From a virus: 64,000 nucleotides of DNA. The stretch covers positions 157 through 64,156 of the IMG/VR virus record IMGVR_UViG_3300020059_000002, one strand, 5' to 3'. Under the pieces are notes generated by a model. That model was not told the origin of the DNA and made no database searches. It saw nothing but the letters and a program-made list of their open reading frames with translations. Made by a program: the position numbers and the translations under genes. Position 1 is the stretch's first letter, and the number at the start of each line of letters is the position of its first letter. Positions 34,552-43,531 of the stretch are shown here, in pieces.

Positions 34552-35333
34552 GTTCCGGTCCTCCGGTGCGGCATACTGTCCGGACTGTAGATCCGGGAGC
34601 GTGCCTGGAGACGGTTCGGATTCGTACTCGCAAGGAACATGTCCACCAGGTACAGGCCTGTCCTGCCCTCCTTCAGGAGGGCACCGACATCCGGGTACTG
34701 GATCGTCACGCCTTCACGGATCAGGGAGGTGACTCCAGGAGGCAAACGACAGTCATCACCGTTCGACGCCTTCAGGATTTCGCACGCCAACTCCCCCATG
34801 GCGAACTGACCCGAGGAGGGAACTGGCTGCCCGTACAGCGCGGTCACGGACCAGGTCCCAGGCTGGGTGTCGTCCTTGTTCAGGTCGTTGCAGTAGGGCC
34901 ACTTCTGCCCGTCCGTCCGGACCAGGAGCCGGTTGTTGTCGACCCGGTATGTCCCGGTCGGAGCAACTGATCCGTCCAGCTTGACGGAGACGATCGAAGA
35001 CACCGGGGACGGGAGGATCACCTCGGAGATCTCTGAACAGGAGCACGTTCCTCTGCATCCCCCGCAGCCCAGAACGAACCAGGGGTACGAGGATCCCGGG
35101 TAGTCCCATGACGTCGTCCACGGAGTTCCGTAACTGTTCCACCATGCGGTGTCGTAGCACTCACGGCGACACGGACGAAGAGTCACCTGGCAGGTGCCGA
35201 ACTGACGGCCGGACAGGGCCCACAGGATGCTGGTAGCAGCTGACGCAGCCAGTCCTGTGGCAGTCGGGGACTCGGTGGAGACGTCACACACCCACCTGAC
35301 ATTCCAGTCCGAGCAAGGACCGAAATCCGCCAT
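34548..35333 (-). CDS. Head-to-tail adaptor
   Basis: ATSILWALSGRQFG, MGELACEILKA, LIREGVTI, TGLYLVDMFL. Confidence 0.75.
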   Translation of the reverse strand: MADFGPCSDWNVRWVCDVSTESPTATGLAASAATSILWALSGRQFGTCQVTLRPCRRECYDTAWWNSYGTPWTTSWDYPGSSYPWFVLGCGGCRGTCSCSEISEVILPSPVSSIVSVKLDGSVAPTGTYRVDNNRLLVRTDGQKWPYCNDLNKDDTQPGTWSVTALYGQPVPSSGQFAMGELACEILKASNGDDCRLPPGVTSLIREGVTIQYPDVGALLKEGRTGLYLVDMFLASTNPNRLQARSRIYSPDSMPHRRTGT

Positions 35334-35345
35334 ACGATCACTTCC

Positions 35346-35675
35346 TCAGATGTTCGGCACTGTGCCGACAGGCACCGCCACGTCGAAGATGATGTCCACC
35401 GAGATGAACCGGTTGGTTCCATTGCCGACGATGAACTCAGCCCGGTAATGGCCTGAGGTCGCGAACTCGGTTCCGGTGAAGGTGTATGTGGTCTTCCCGT
35501 TCGGTCCGTCAGAGACAGATGCGTTCGCGGTGACCGCTGCACCGTCACGTTCCTGGTAGCTGAATTTTGCTGTGAACCCCGTGAGAACGATCGCTGCTCC
35601 TGAACTGTCCAGGAACTGATAGGTCAGCGGAGCGGGCTTCTCGCCCTGGGTGTACGGACCGATGGTTACGCTCAT
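35346..35675 (-). CDS. BppU-N-like beta-sandwich virion protein
   Basis: YTQGEKPAPLTYQF...GHYRAEF. Confidence 0.55.
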   Translation of the reverse strand: MSVTIGPYTQGEKPAPLTYQFLDSSGAAIVLTGFTAKFSYQERDGAAVTANASVSDGPNGKTTYTFTGTEFATSGHYRAEFIVGNGTNRFISVDIIFDVAVPVGTVPNI

Positions 35676-37642
35676 GGCTCCCGCCCGCCGATAGATGATC
35701 CAGGCTCTTCGCCTGATCTAGAAGATACCTGCTCCCTTCCAGACACAGGTCCGGGAGCCTCCCTGCCAGACACAGGCCGGTTGAACTCCCGCCCGGACAC
35801 CTCGCCCACAGGTTCCCCGCCTGAAATCACCGTGGGCGGAACAGCCTGAGGAACTGCCACCGTGGCACCGAATGACGTGCCTGCACCTGAGGACAGGTCG
35901 GCGAATACTCCGACATCGGTGGACGGTCCGAAAGCAGCGCCAGTACCGAGAGCAACGCCGACCGGAGGCGCCACATCGGACAAGGACCCGAAAGCCGTTC
36001 CGGTCCCGGACGCGACATCCGTTCCCTGTACCACTACGGCCGTGGACGGGTCAAGGGAAGTCCCAGTGCCTGACGCTGTGGCAGGGAGACCTGACACATC
36101 GGAAATGGCTGCTAGAGCGGCCCCTGTGCCATTCGCAGTGAGAGGGAGGACAGCTGTATCAGGAACAGCATCGAAAGCGTTTCCGGTACCGAACGCCAGG
36201 TCTGCCACAGCGGTTGTCGAGCCGGACACCGACACGATGGCATCGAAAGACGTTCCGGTACCGGAAGCCGGATCTGGAAGAACAGTGATGTTCACCGGAT
36301 CTGCCTGAGCAGTACCTGAACCGGACGCGGTACCAGGAACCGCACCCACGTCCGTCAGGGCGTCAAAGGCCGTGCCGGATCCTGCCGCGAGACCTGTCAG
36401 TGTCCCCACATCGGGCAGCGGGGACAGAGCCGCACCCGAACCCAGCGCAACCTCAGTTCCGGTGACCACGATATCGGTGGACGAATCAGTGAAGGACGTA
36501 CCTGTGCCTGCCGCGACCCCGGGGGCAGCGCCCACATCTGCAAGAGGACCGAAAGAGGATCCGGTGCCCTGGGCAATCTCGGTCCCAGTAACCACGATGT
36601 CTGTGTGATCAATCGTGAACGCGGTGCCTGTTCCCGCTGCAACATCGGGAGCCGCTCCCACGTCGGACAGGGGGCCGGACGATGCTCCGGCCCCCTGAGC
36701 GAGATCAGAGAGAGCCCCGACGTCCACGACAGGACCGGACGATGTACCTGTTCCTGCTGCGGTGCCGGGAACTGCGCCCACGTCCGTCAGAACGTCAAAT
36801 GAAGTGCCTGTTCCGGACGCGATGCCTGTCAGTGTTCCCAAGTCTGAGAGCGGAGACAGGGCTGACCCGGTACCTGCTGCGATATCAGGAACAGGACCCA
36901 AGTCGGAAACAGCATCAAGCGCCGCACCCGTTCCAGCCGCCACCTCCGCATTGGCGGTAGTGCTTCCGCTCGCAGCAGGGACGTACAGGATACGCACAGG
37001 CTGAGAGTTCCAGGAGACCCCAGGACCGTCCTCCTGCGCGGTGCCTGATCCCCCTGACAGGGTGCGGGCGTTGCCGGAATAGTCCGCAGTTTCGTTCCTG
37101 TGGAGGGGATACCAGACCGTCAGATTGGCGGTGCGCTTGGGTACGTAGGTGAGCGCTTCCTGATCGAATTCCGCGTCTGTCAGGTTGACTCCGTGCCACA
37201 TCTTGAATGCGGCCATGCATCCGTTGAGCCACTCGCCGCCGAAGACGCTCTCTCCCAGTTGCAGCGTCGTACCCGTGACGGTGGACTGATTTCCCGTAGC
37301 AGTCCACGAACCTGTGGTCATGGATGACGCGCTCAGTGCCCTGTACCTGACGTTCCCCGAAGTCCCGTTGAAGTTGGCTGCGTAGAAGTACCAGGTGCCC
37401 ACCGTGAGCGCGTTTGACGGGCCTGGGTAGCCGTTGAAGTCGAAAAACCTCGCGGTCGTCCCGTCATTCGTCGTCTGAAGACCGATGGCGTCACTGGTGC
37501 TGGAACTCAGGGACCAGAAGGTAGCTTCAACATTCCTGTCCGTCGTGATCTTGATCCAGGAACAGAAAGAGACCTGAGAAAGCGAGCCAAGAGTGAGGGT
37601 TCGGGTGTAGTCCTGCCCGTCCGCACTGAACCGGACAGCCAT
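35672..37642 (-). CDS. LamG/ConA-like domain plus about 20-aa GTG repeat virion protein
   Basis: N-terminal LamG-like fold (GTWYFYAA, LQLGES, WLNGCMAAFKMW) followed by many AxGTGxA/S units. Confidence 0.75.
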   Translation of the reverse strand: MAVRFSADGQDYTRTLTLGSLSQVSFCSWIKITTDRNVEATFWSLSSSTSDAIGLQTTNDGTTARFFDFNGYPGPSNALTVGTWYFYAANFNGTSGNVRYRALSASSMTTGSWTATGNQSTVTGTTLQLGESVFGGEWLNGCMAAFKMWHGVNLTDAEFDQEALTYVPKRTANLTVWYPLHRNETADYSGNARTLSGGSGTAQEDGPGVSWNSQPVRILYVPAASGSTTANAEVAAGTGAALDAVSDLGPVPDIAAGTGSALSPLSDLGTLTGIASGTGTSFDVLTDVGAVPGTAAGTGTSSGPVVDVGALSDLAQGAGASSGPLSDVGAAPDVAAGTGTAFTIDHTDIVVTGTEIAQGTGSSFGPLADVGAAPGVAAGTGTSFTDSSTDIVVTGTEVALGSGAALSPLPDVGTLTGLAAGSGTAFDALTDVGAVPGTASGSGTAQADPVNITVLPDPASGTGTSFDAIVSVSGSTTAVADLAFGTGNAFDAVPDTAVLPLTANGTGAALAAISDVSGLPATASGTGTSLDPSTAVVVQGTDVASGTGTAFGSLSDVAPPVGVALGTGAAFGPSTDVGVFADLSSGAGTSFGATVAVPQAVPPTVISGGEPVGEVSGREFNRPVSGREAPGPVSGREQVSSRSGEEPGSSIGGREP

Positions 37643-37651
37643 GTGTACTCC

Positions 37652-38155
37652 TTACGTGTCGGAGTACGTCAGCCGTGTCTGGATCATCCAGGCGTCGTTG
37701 GCCATGGTGTCATTGGCGTGTGCGCCGAGCCGGGAGACCTTCACCCAGACTGCGTCTCCGGCCGCGATGCTGTCCAGGTTGGAGATCGCGACACTGGCCA
37801 GATGGACACGCTTTCCCACGGTGCCCAGGTGAGTGTCATCCACAGTCAGGGCGGTGGCGAACGCTTTCGTAGTGACATCCTGACTGTCTGTGTCCGGCGT
37901 GATGGCCGCTATCTGGACCTCCCACCTGACCACACCGCTGGTCGCGTTCTCCGCGTACCAGAGAATGTCACAGGTGATATTTCCGGACCCGTAGCTGAAG
38001 GCATCTATCTTCCAGTACGCGGACTCAGTACCTGCGGCGTCGTACCGCAGGCCGGTGACCGGAAAGTTGGTCCCGTTGGCCTTGTCGATCTGGGGGAAGG
38101 CGGTAGCCAGGAAACTGGCGGACTCCGGATCGAGAACCTGACAGACGTTCGCCAT
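37652..38155 (-). CDS. Hypothetical virion protein
   Basis: 167 aa in structural operon. Confidence 0.7.
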   Translation of the reverse strand: MANVCQVLDPESASFLATAFPQIDKANGTNFPVTGLRYDAAGTESAYWKIDAFSYGSGNITCDILWYAENATSGVVRWEVQIAAITPDTDSQDVTTKAFATALTVDDTHLGTVGKRVHLASVAISNLDSIAAGDAVWVKVSRLGAHANDTMANDAWMIQTRLTYSDT

Positions 38156-38157
38156 GA

Positions 38158-38427
38158 TCAGCCGTCCTCTTCAGCGCGCAGCTTCCCTGCACGGCGCATG
38201 GCCACGTAGCAGAAGAGGAACGTTTTCAGAGGGAGTCCTGCTGTGGTCCGGAACGGCAAGGGCAGCGCAGTGTTGTAACTGGACTGGTTCGCTTCGATCC
38301 AGTCATCCGTAGCAGCCACTGCTGCTGCCACATCGGGCTTGGTGAGGCCGGAGAATGACAGCACTGAATCCCGCATGAGCTGAGCTAGTGTGCGGGCCCT
38401 GGCGGTTGCGTCGAGCGGCACGGTCAT
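38158..38427 (-). CDS. Hypothetical protein
   Basis: GGAGG RBS. Confidence 0.7.
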   Translation of the reverse strand: MTVPLDATARARTLAQLMRDSVLSFSGLTKPDVAAAVAATDDWIEANQSSYNTALPLPFRTTAGLPLKTFLFCYVAMRRAGKLRAEEDG

Positions 38428-38471
38428 TCACCTCCCACTGTCCGAATCGGATTGTTTTCGCAGGTCAGAGG

Positions 38472-38987
38472 CTAAATCGTAATGTTGAAGACCCCGGATG
38501 CATTCCAGTTGACCGAGAAGGTTCCGGCGGTGACAGACTGGGCACCTCCGAACCAGTTGAAGCAGATGCCCTGATCAGCGATAGTGCCACCAGAGATCGT
38601 GTCGTCGTACACGAGGCAGCCGTAGACGTTCGCCAAGGTCACTGACACGGAACCCGCCAGGTTGGCAGCAGAGAAGTTCACGATGTTGGACGTGGCGGCG
38701 CTGATGTTCTTCGACGCCAGGGCACGTCCACCAGCCACCCACTCGGACCCAGTGGATACCTCATTGGCCACAACCCACTGAGAGGCAGCAGAGTTGTACC
38801 CGGAAGTTGCCATGGTGGCATTCCGGTCCGGAGTCCCTGTGTTCCCGAACAAGGCTGCCTTGACGGTGTCGTTGGTCTTGATCTCTCCGGTGCCGCCGGA
38901 AGGAGCCGTCTGCGCGGGATCGCGCATCATCGGCTGCTGGACCCACGTACGGAAGATGTGAGAACCCTCGGTGACGGTCCAGGCCAT
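38472..38987 (-). CDS. Hypothetical virion protein
   Basis: AGGAG RBS; GTFSVNWNASG C-terminus. Confidence 0.7.
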   Translation of the reverse strand: MAWTVTEGSHIFRTWVQQPMMRDPAQTAPSGGTGEIKTNDTVKAALFGNTGTPDRNATMATSGYNSAASQWVVANEVSTGSEWVAGGRALASKNISAATSNIVNFSAANLAGSVSVTLANVYGCLVYDDTISGGTIADQGICFNWFGGAQSVTAGTFSVNWNASGVFNITI

Positions 38988-38990
38988 GGC

Positions 38991-39305
38991 TCACGCTCCT
39001 ATTCTCAGCTGTGCAGTCGGCGCTAGCACCACACAGTCGTTCGAGCCGTCCGGACGGTCCGTGTAGATGGCTGCGACCGGACGTCCGGAACCGTCCAGCT
39101 GGACCATTTCGTGCCCGACATAGTCCTCCGGCTCTACCTTCCGCACCCTTGACCCTGATCCGGCAGGGACCATTGGGGCCGAAATCCCTGCCAGACCAGG
39201 GCAACTGTGGAACCGGTTGGAAACCGTTCCAGGCGTGACGGATTCCGCCGGGCAGTTGGGACAGACCCAATGCGTCGGAGGAATCTCCAGCAGGACAGCA
39301 GCCAT
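38991..39305 (-). CDS. Hypothetical protein with Cys/His motifs
   Basis: ATG 39305; WVCPNC...FHSCPGL...DGSNDC. Confidence 0.7.
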   Translation of the reverse strand: MAAVLLEIPPTHWVCPNCPAESVTPGTVSNRFHSCPGLAGISAPMVPAGSGSRVRKVEPEDYVGHEMVQLDGSGRPVAAIYTDRPDGSNDCVVLAPTAQLRIGA

Positions 39306-39307
39306 GA

Positions 39308-39994
39308 TCAGAGGTTCGCTGTCGGGTCTGTCGCGGCGGTCGGAGGAGCAGCGGTCGTGATGTTCCACAGCCAGTGTTCGGTACCGGTGAGCGTCGTTCC
39401 TGCGGGAAGCCAGGTACTGGATCCGTTCTTGGCCAGCCACCCAGTGGACGCTGTGGCGGACACCGCCCGGGTCTCCGACATGATCTGAAGCGTGGACCGG
39501 GCGAGTTCGATGTTGTACCCACCGAGCTTGGACGAACCGCAGTTCGGCCATGCGTTGTAGATGTACTGCTGAAGACCGGACGCGGAGCAGGCACCGGAGC
39601 CCGCGACTTCCTGCCAGACCTCCAGGCTGTACCGGTTCGTCGGAGAACCCTCGGACACGGCGAAACCGAACCCTGTGGTCGGAGCACCGACCGTAAGTTC
39701 TCTGGCACTCGCCATGAATGCTGCACCGGTCACGTTGACCGCACAGAAGTCGATCGTGAGGTTGAACCGCTTGAGAACCGGGTCATCCTTCTGGTTCACG
39801 CAGACACCGCCGGAAGCGGTCCTCTCGAAGAACTCTGTCCCATCCTCGTACTGCGGGTCCTGAGCTACTTGGGTGAAGGCACCGGAAACGATCTGCATAC
39901 CGGACGTACCGGTGACAGGGTTCCCGCAGGTGTCGAGTTTCACGATCCTGTAGACGCGCCCCTTGATCGGAGCGACGAGATTTGAAGACGCCAC
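39308..39994 (-). CDS. Major tail protein
   Basis: RIVKLDTCG, FFERTASG, YSLEVW; position after head genes. Confidence 0.75.
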   Translation of the reverse strand: MASSNLVAPIKGRVYRIVKLDTCGNPVTGTSGMQIVSGAFTQVAQDPQYEDGTEFFERTASGGVCVNQKDDPVLKRFNLTIDFCAVNVTGAAFMASARELTVGAPTTGFGFAVSEGSPTNRYSLEVWQEVAGSGACSASGLQQYIYNAWPNCGSSKLGGYNIELARSTLQIMSETRAVSATASTGWLAKNGSSTWLPAGTTLTGTEHWLWNITTAAPPTAATDPTANL

Positions 39995-40005
39995 TGTTCA
40001 ACTCC

Positions 40006-40263
40006 TTAAGGAGACCCGCCGACAAGTACATACGCGTGGTAGCCATCTACCGCTACCACGTACAGCTCCTCCCCAGCGGGAAGGACGAATGATGTTGACC
40101 CTCGGTAAGGAGTCACGTATCCAAGGAGTTCAGCCGTAAATCCGACTGAAACCCGTGAATCGCCTTCACCTGACACAGAGACTCCACGATCAAAATTGAT
40201 CGCATCGGCCACTTTGACGATTCCTTCTGAGCCAGGGACCACTACGGTGAAGAAATCAGACAC
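40006..40263 (-). CDS. Small virion (decoration-like) protein
   Basis: Shares the VLPAGxEL motif with 41200-41457. Confidence 0.6.
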   Translation of the reverse strand: MSDFFTVVVPGSEGIVKVADAINFDRGVSVSGEGDSRVSVGFTAELLGYVTPYRGSTSFVLPAGEELYVVAVDGYHAYVLVGGSP

Positions 40264-41194
40264 CGGAACTCCCTCCGCTCACAGGAACCCCCAGGGCGAT
40301 TTGGGTAGCGATCAAGCAGCATTCGAACCCGAGCACGAACACGCGCTCAGCCACCATGTGGTGGGTGTTCTCGCTGCGGTCGAAGAGTTCGATCAGGGTT
40401 CCGATGTTGACCGAAGCCTGGTATCCGAACACTGCACCGGTGGCATAGATCCACATTGATCCGGCAGGAGGTGCGACTCCTGCCGGAGACGTTCCCGGAT
40501 ATCCATGACCAACGACGATCCGGTGCCCGGCAGGAGAGTAGAGCCCTCCGTCCCGCTCTTCCGCGAGATCCCACGCTTCGAAGGTCGGAAGAGCGGCAGA
40601 AGGGATGTGGATCACTCCGAGGCCGTGGTAGCACGCTGAAAGCGCACTCTCCAGCTGCCCGAGACCGTCAGCAACATCTACTGTCGGTCCTCCTGTCGCA
40701 GCGGTGCTCGCAGCAGGCTGAAGGAGAATCGTGGAATTCCCTGGATCAGTAAATGCGGTGTTGGCCGCGAGATGCGGAAACACCGTGGTCTGGCTGACGC
40801 CTCCGGAAGACGTCTTTCCCGCTATCCCGGTCCAGAACGCCCGTTCCAGCTGATACCCGGCCACTTTGTCCAGCGCCGTTTCAGCGATGGACGCGGCATC
40901 CTCCAGGCCTACCGGGGAACAGTCGAACTCCGCGTAGCACGCGAAGGAAGTCGCCCCCCGGTTCTGCTGGGAGATGTTCTGGGAAAGAGCAGCCTGGCCC
41001 GTGGGCGATCCTCCGGTACCGGTGACCGCTATGCATTCGTCGTACAGCGTGTCGCCGTTCCCGCACCGGTCGATCCAGGTGATCCCGTTCTGCCAGTGGT
41101 TCGTATCGGCAGCGGGCTTCTGGACTGCGTCCCACAGACCGTACGGGAGCGGAGTGAATGACGGGCCTTCAACAACAAGCCGGGGTCCGGACAT
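40256..41194 (-). CDS. Capsid-associated structural protein
   Basis: 312 aa just downstream of the MCP; PLPYGLW, WQNGI, AERVFVLGFEC. Confidence 0.7.
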   Translation of the reverse strand: MSGPRLVVEGPSFTPLPYGLWDAVQKPAADTNHWQNGITWIDRCGNGDTLYDECIAVTGTGGSPTGQAALSQNISQQNRGATSFACYAEFDCSPVGLEDAASIAETALDKVAGYQLERAFWTGIAGKTSSGGVSQTTVFPHLAANTAFTDPGNSTILLQPAASTAATGGPTVDVADGLGQLESALSACYHGLGVIHIPSAALPTFEAWDLAEERDGGLYSPAGHRIVVGHGYPGTSPAGVAPPAGSMWIYATGAVFGYQASVNIGTLIELFDRSENTHHMVAERVFVLGFECCLIATQIALGVPVSGGSSGV

Positions 41195-41199
41195 TCAGT

Positions 41200-41457
41200 T
41201 CACCTCCCGATGGCAGTGACGAGTACTTGAACGTAAGTCGCGGACCCGTATCCCCACAGTTCTTTACCTGCGGGAAGAACAAGATCAGTCAGAGCAGCAG
41301 GGTATGAACTATTGCGTCCCGTGACTTCACCCGACGTGAATCCGAGAAACGACGGGGGGTACACGAGGTGAACCTGACGGTTCACCTCGGCCGAGTCGAC
41401 CAGCTTCGTAGCGGTGCTGGCCGGAAGATTGACCTCACCGCTATAGAAGATCGACAT
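41200..41457 (-). CDS. Small virion (decoration-like) protein
   Basis: Paralog of 40006-40263. Confidence 0.6.
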   Translation of the reverse strand: MSIFYSGEVNLPASTATKLVDSAEVNRQVHLVYPPSFLGFTSGEVTGRNSSYPAALTDLVLPAGKELWGYGSATYVQVLVTAIGR

Positions 41458-41490
41458 TTTCTGCCCCTTCCGGGTCTAGGAAGATCCGGA

Positions 41491-43266
41491 TCAGAGCTGA
41501 GCGGTAGCCGCGATACCTGCGGATCCAGCGCCGTTGACGTTGTAGTTCGTGGTGTAGATGCGAGACTCGTGGCCGACCTTGGCGACCATGTGAGTTTCCT
41601 CTGCCCACGCAGCTGTGAAATCGTTCTCCGCGTTCAGGACCGAGTCACGAACAACTCCAAGGTCCAGGCTCATGCCCTGGCCGTGAAGGAATGTCCCGGG
41701 GGCGTACATCATGAACTGAACCGCAGTCGGCCATGAGGTACGGCCGGTGCCGAAGCCGGAAGCCCCTCGTACCTGCCAGTCACTCACGAACTGAGCACGG
41801 AGACCCCTGTCAGTGAAGAACCCTCTGAGCACGCTGTCCGGAACAGACTCGCGCTCTACGTTGTTCCTCCATGCCAGGTCGGCACGCATGACCGCGAGAG
41901 TCCACCTCGGATAAACCACTTCGAGCACCGCATCATCCGCCATCGCGAACTTGTTGCGGTAGTCGGTTGCAGCCATCTCCGCTGCGTCCAGGATCGTCTG
42001 AAAGGCTCCCTGAGTACCCGCAGCAGGAACATTCGTGATACCTGTCGAGGCTGCCGATACGAGAGAGATCAGCCGAGCGTTGATCGCGTGGGAGTACGCC
42101 ATGCGCAGCAGCCGGAGGAAGTTCTGAGTCTGCTCCGGGTACGCGCTGTCCGTGAGGTTGCCCGCAGTCAGGGTGAGACCGTAGGCCTCAAGGCGCCCTG
42201 AGGTGAACGTGGAACACGGGACACGCAGGGTGGGCTTGTTGACCGCACCGGTCACCGTGAGCTGATCGTCCGTGTCGGACCACAGCCACGGGTCCGAAGT
42301 GTTGGCGAAACTGAACGCGAATCCACCGAAGCCGGATGCCGCGTTGCTCGCACCAGAGGTGTAGAACACATCGCCAATGGCAGGGGACACGGGCCACTGG
42401 AGGCCGCCGCGCGTGACACCGATCGTGGGGAGATCGATCATCCCTGTCGGCTCTTCGGCGATGTTGAAGAAGTTGTAGCGGATCTCATTCGGAGCACACC
42501 ATCCGCCACCTGCGGTCAGAGCAGGAGAGCCCGGCTCCGACGCCATGGCCTCCATGATCTCCTGGATCACGAAGGGGGAGGTGTTGTTGTCCGCCGTGTG
42601 CTTGAACTCGTTCCGGATGCTCGCGACCTTGTGGCGGGGAGCCTCACGTCCGAGCTGGGTAACCGGGACGTCGTTGGACTTGGAGATGAACAAGTCCGCG
42701 AGAGCGTCCACACTGGCGACAGAGTTTCCGGTACCAGCGGCAGTGATCGGGAGCTTGGCGGGGGGAGCAGCCACCTTGGGCGCCACCTGAGCAGTCTGCC
42801 CGAGGGACGCGACGGCACGTTCGGTGACCTGGGTGAGACTGGTCGTACGGCGGTCACCCATGAGCTTCACGAACGCGTCGGTGACGCCACGCGCAGCAGC
42901 AGCAGCGATCGCCTCGGTCTGTTCGATGTCATTCCGGACAGCGGCAGCGGCAGCCTCGGGAGTTCCCTTAGCTGGTCCGTTGATGGACTCATTGATCTCG
43001 TTCATGGTCCGCTCAGCACTGAGCTTGGACGATGCAGCCTGCTGCTCCGCCCGGACCTTGCGCGCGGACATCTCCGCCTTGACACGGCTGAGACCGTCTC
43101 GCAGCTCGAACGCGTACGAGACGTCATCCTGCGTGTAGTTTCCGGGACCCTGGTCCCGGACAGCGTTGAACGATTCCAGAACGCGGGTATGAAGTTCGTC
43201 GAGTTCCAGGTCACCGAGCGGAATCAGGTCACCAGGTACAGCGATTCGTTCGAGCGGCTCGGGCAC
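41491..43266 (-). CDS. Major capsid protein with N-terminal scaffold-like region
   Basis: Coiled-coil N-terminus; ALTAGGGWCAPNEIRYNF, LDLGVVRDSVLNAENDF. Confidence 0.85.
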   Translation of the reverse strand: MPEPLERIAVPGDLIPLGDLELDELHTRVLESFNAVRDQGPGNYTQDDVSYAFELRDGLSRVKAEMSARKVRAEQQAASSKLSAERTMNEINESINGPAKGTPEAAAAAVRNDIEQTEAIAAAAARGVTDAFVKLMGDRRTTSLTQVTERAVASLGQTAQVAPKVAAPPAKLPITAAGTGNSVASVDALADLFISKSNDVPVTQLGREAPRHKVASIRNEFKHTADNNTSPFVIQEIMEAMASEPGSPALTAGGGWCAPNEIRYNFFNIAEEPTGMIDLPTIGVTRGGLQWPVSPAIGDVFYTSGASNAASGFGGFAFSFANTSDPWLWSDTDDQLTVTGAVNKPTLRVPCSTFTSGRLEAYGLTLTAGNLTDSAYPEQTQNFLRLLRMAYSHAINARLISLVSAASTGITNVPAAGTQGAFQTILDAAEMAATDYRNKFAMADDAVLEVVYPRWTLAVMRADLAWRNNVERESVPDSVLRGFFTDRGLRAQFVSDWQVRGASGFGTGRTSWPTAVQFMMYAPGTFLHGQGMSLDLGVVRDSVLNAENDFTAAWAEETHMVAKVGHESRIYTTNYNVNGAGSAGIAATAQL

Positions 43267-43531
43267 TGTGACCTCCGAGATGAGCCGGAAACAGGAATGA
43301 TGTTGCTCGGCCGCACCGTAGCACCGAAATGCCCGACTTCCAAAGATCGTCTATGATTTCGTCAGCACGGTAAAAACACTGGTCAGAAGCACGAGACAGC
43401 GAAGAGCCCCGGTTCCGTCAGGAAATCCGGGGCTCTCGGTCACTGTCCTCCGCCGACAGGCTGAGGCGGGGGCGGAGGGGGCGGAGGCTGCTGCTGGCAG
43501 CCGCACCCAAGCTCTACGACGATGCGCATGA

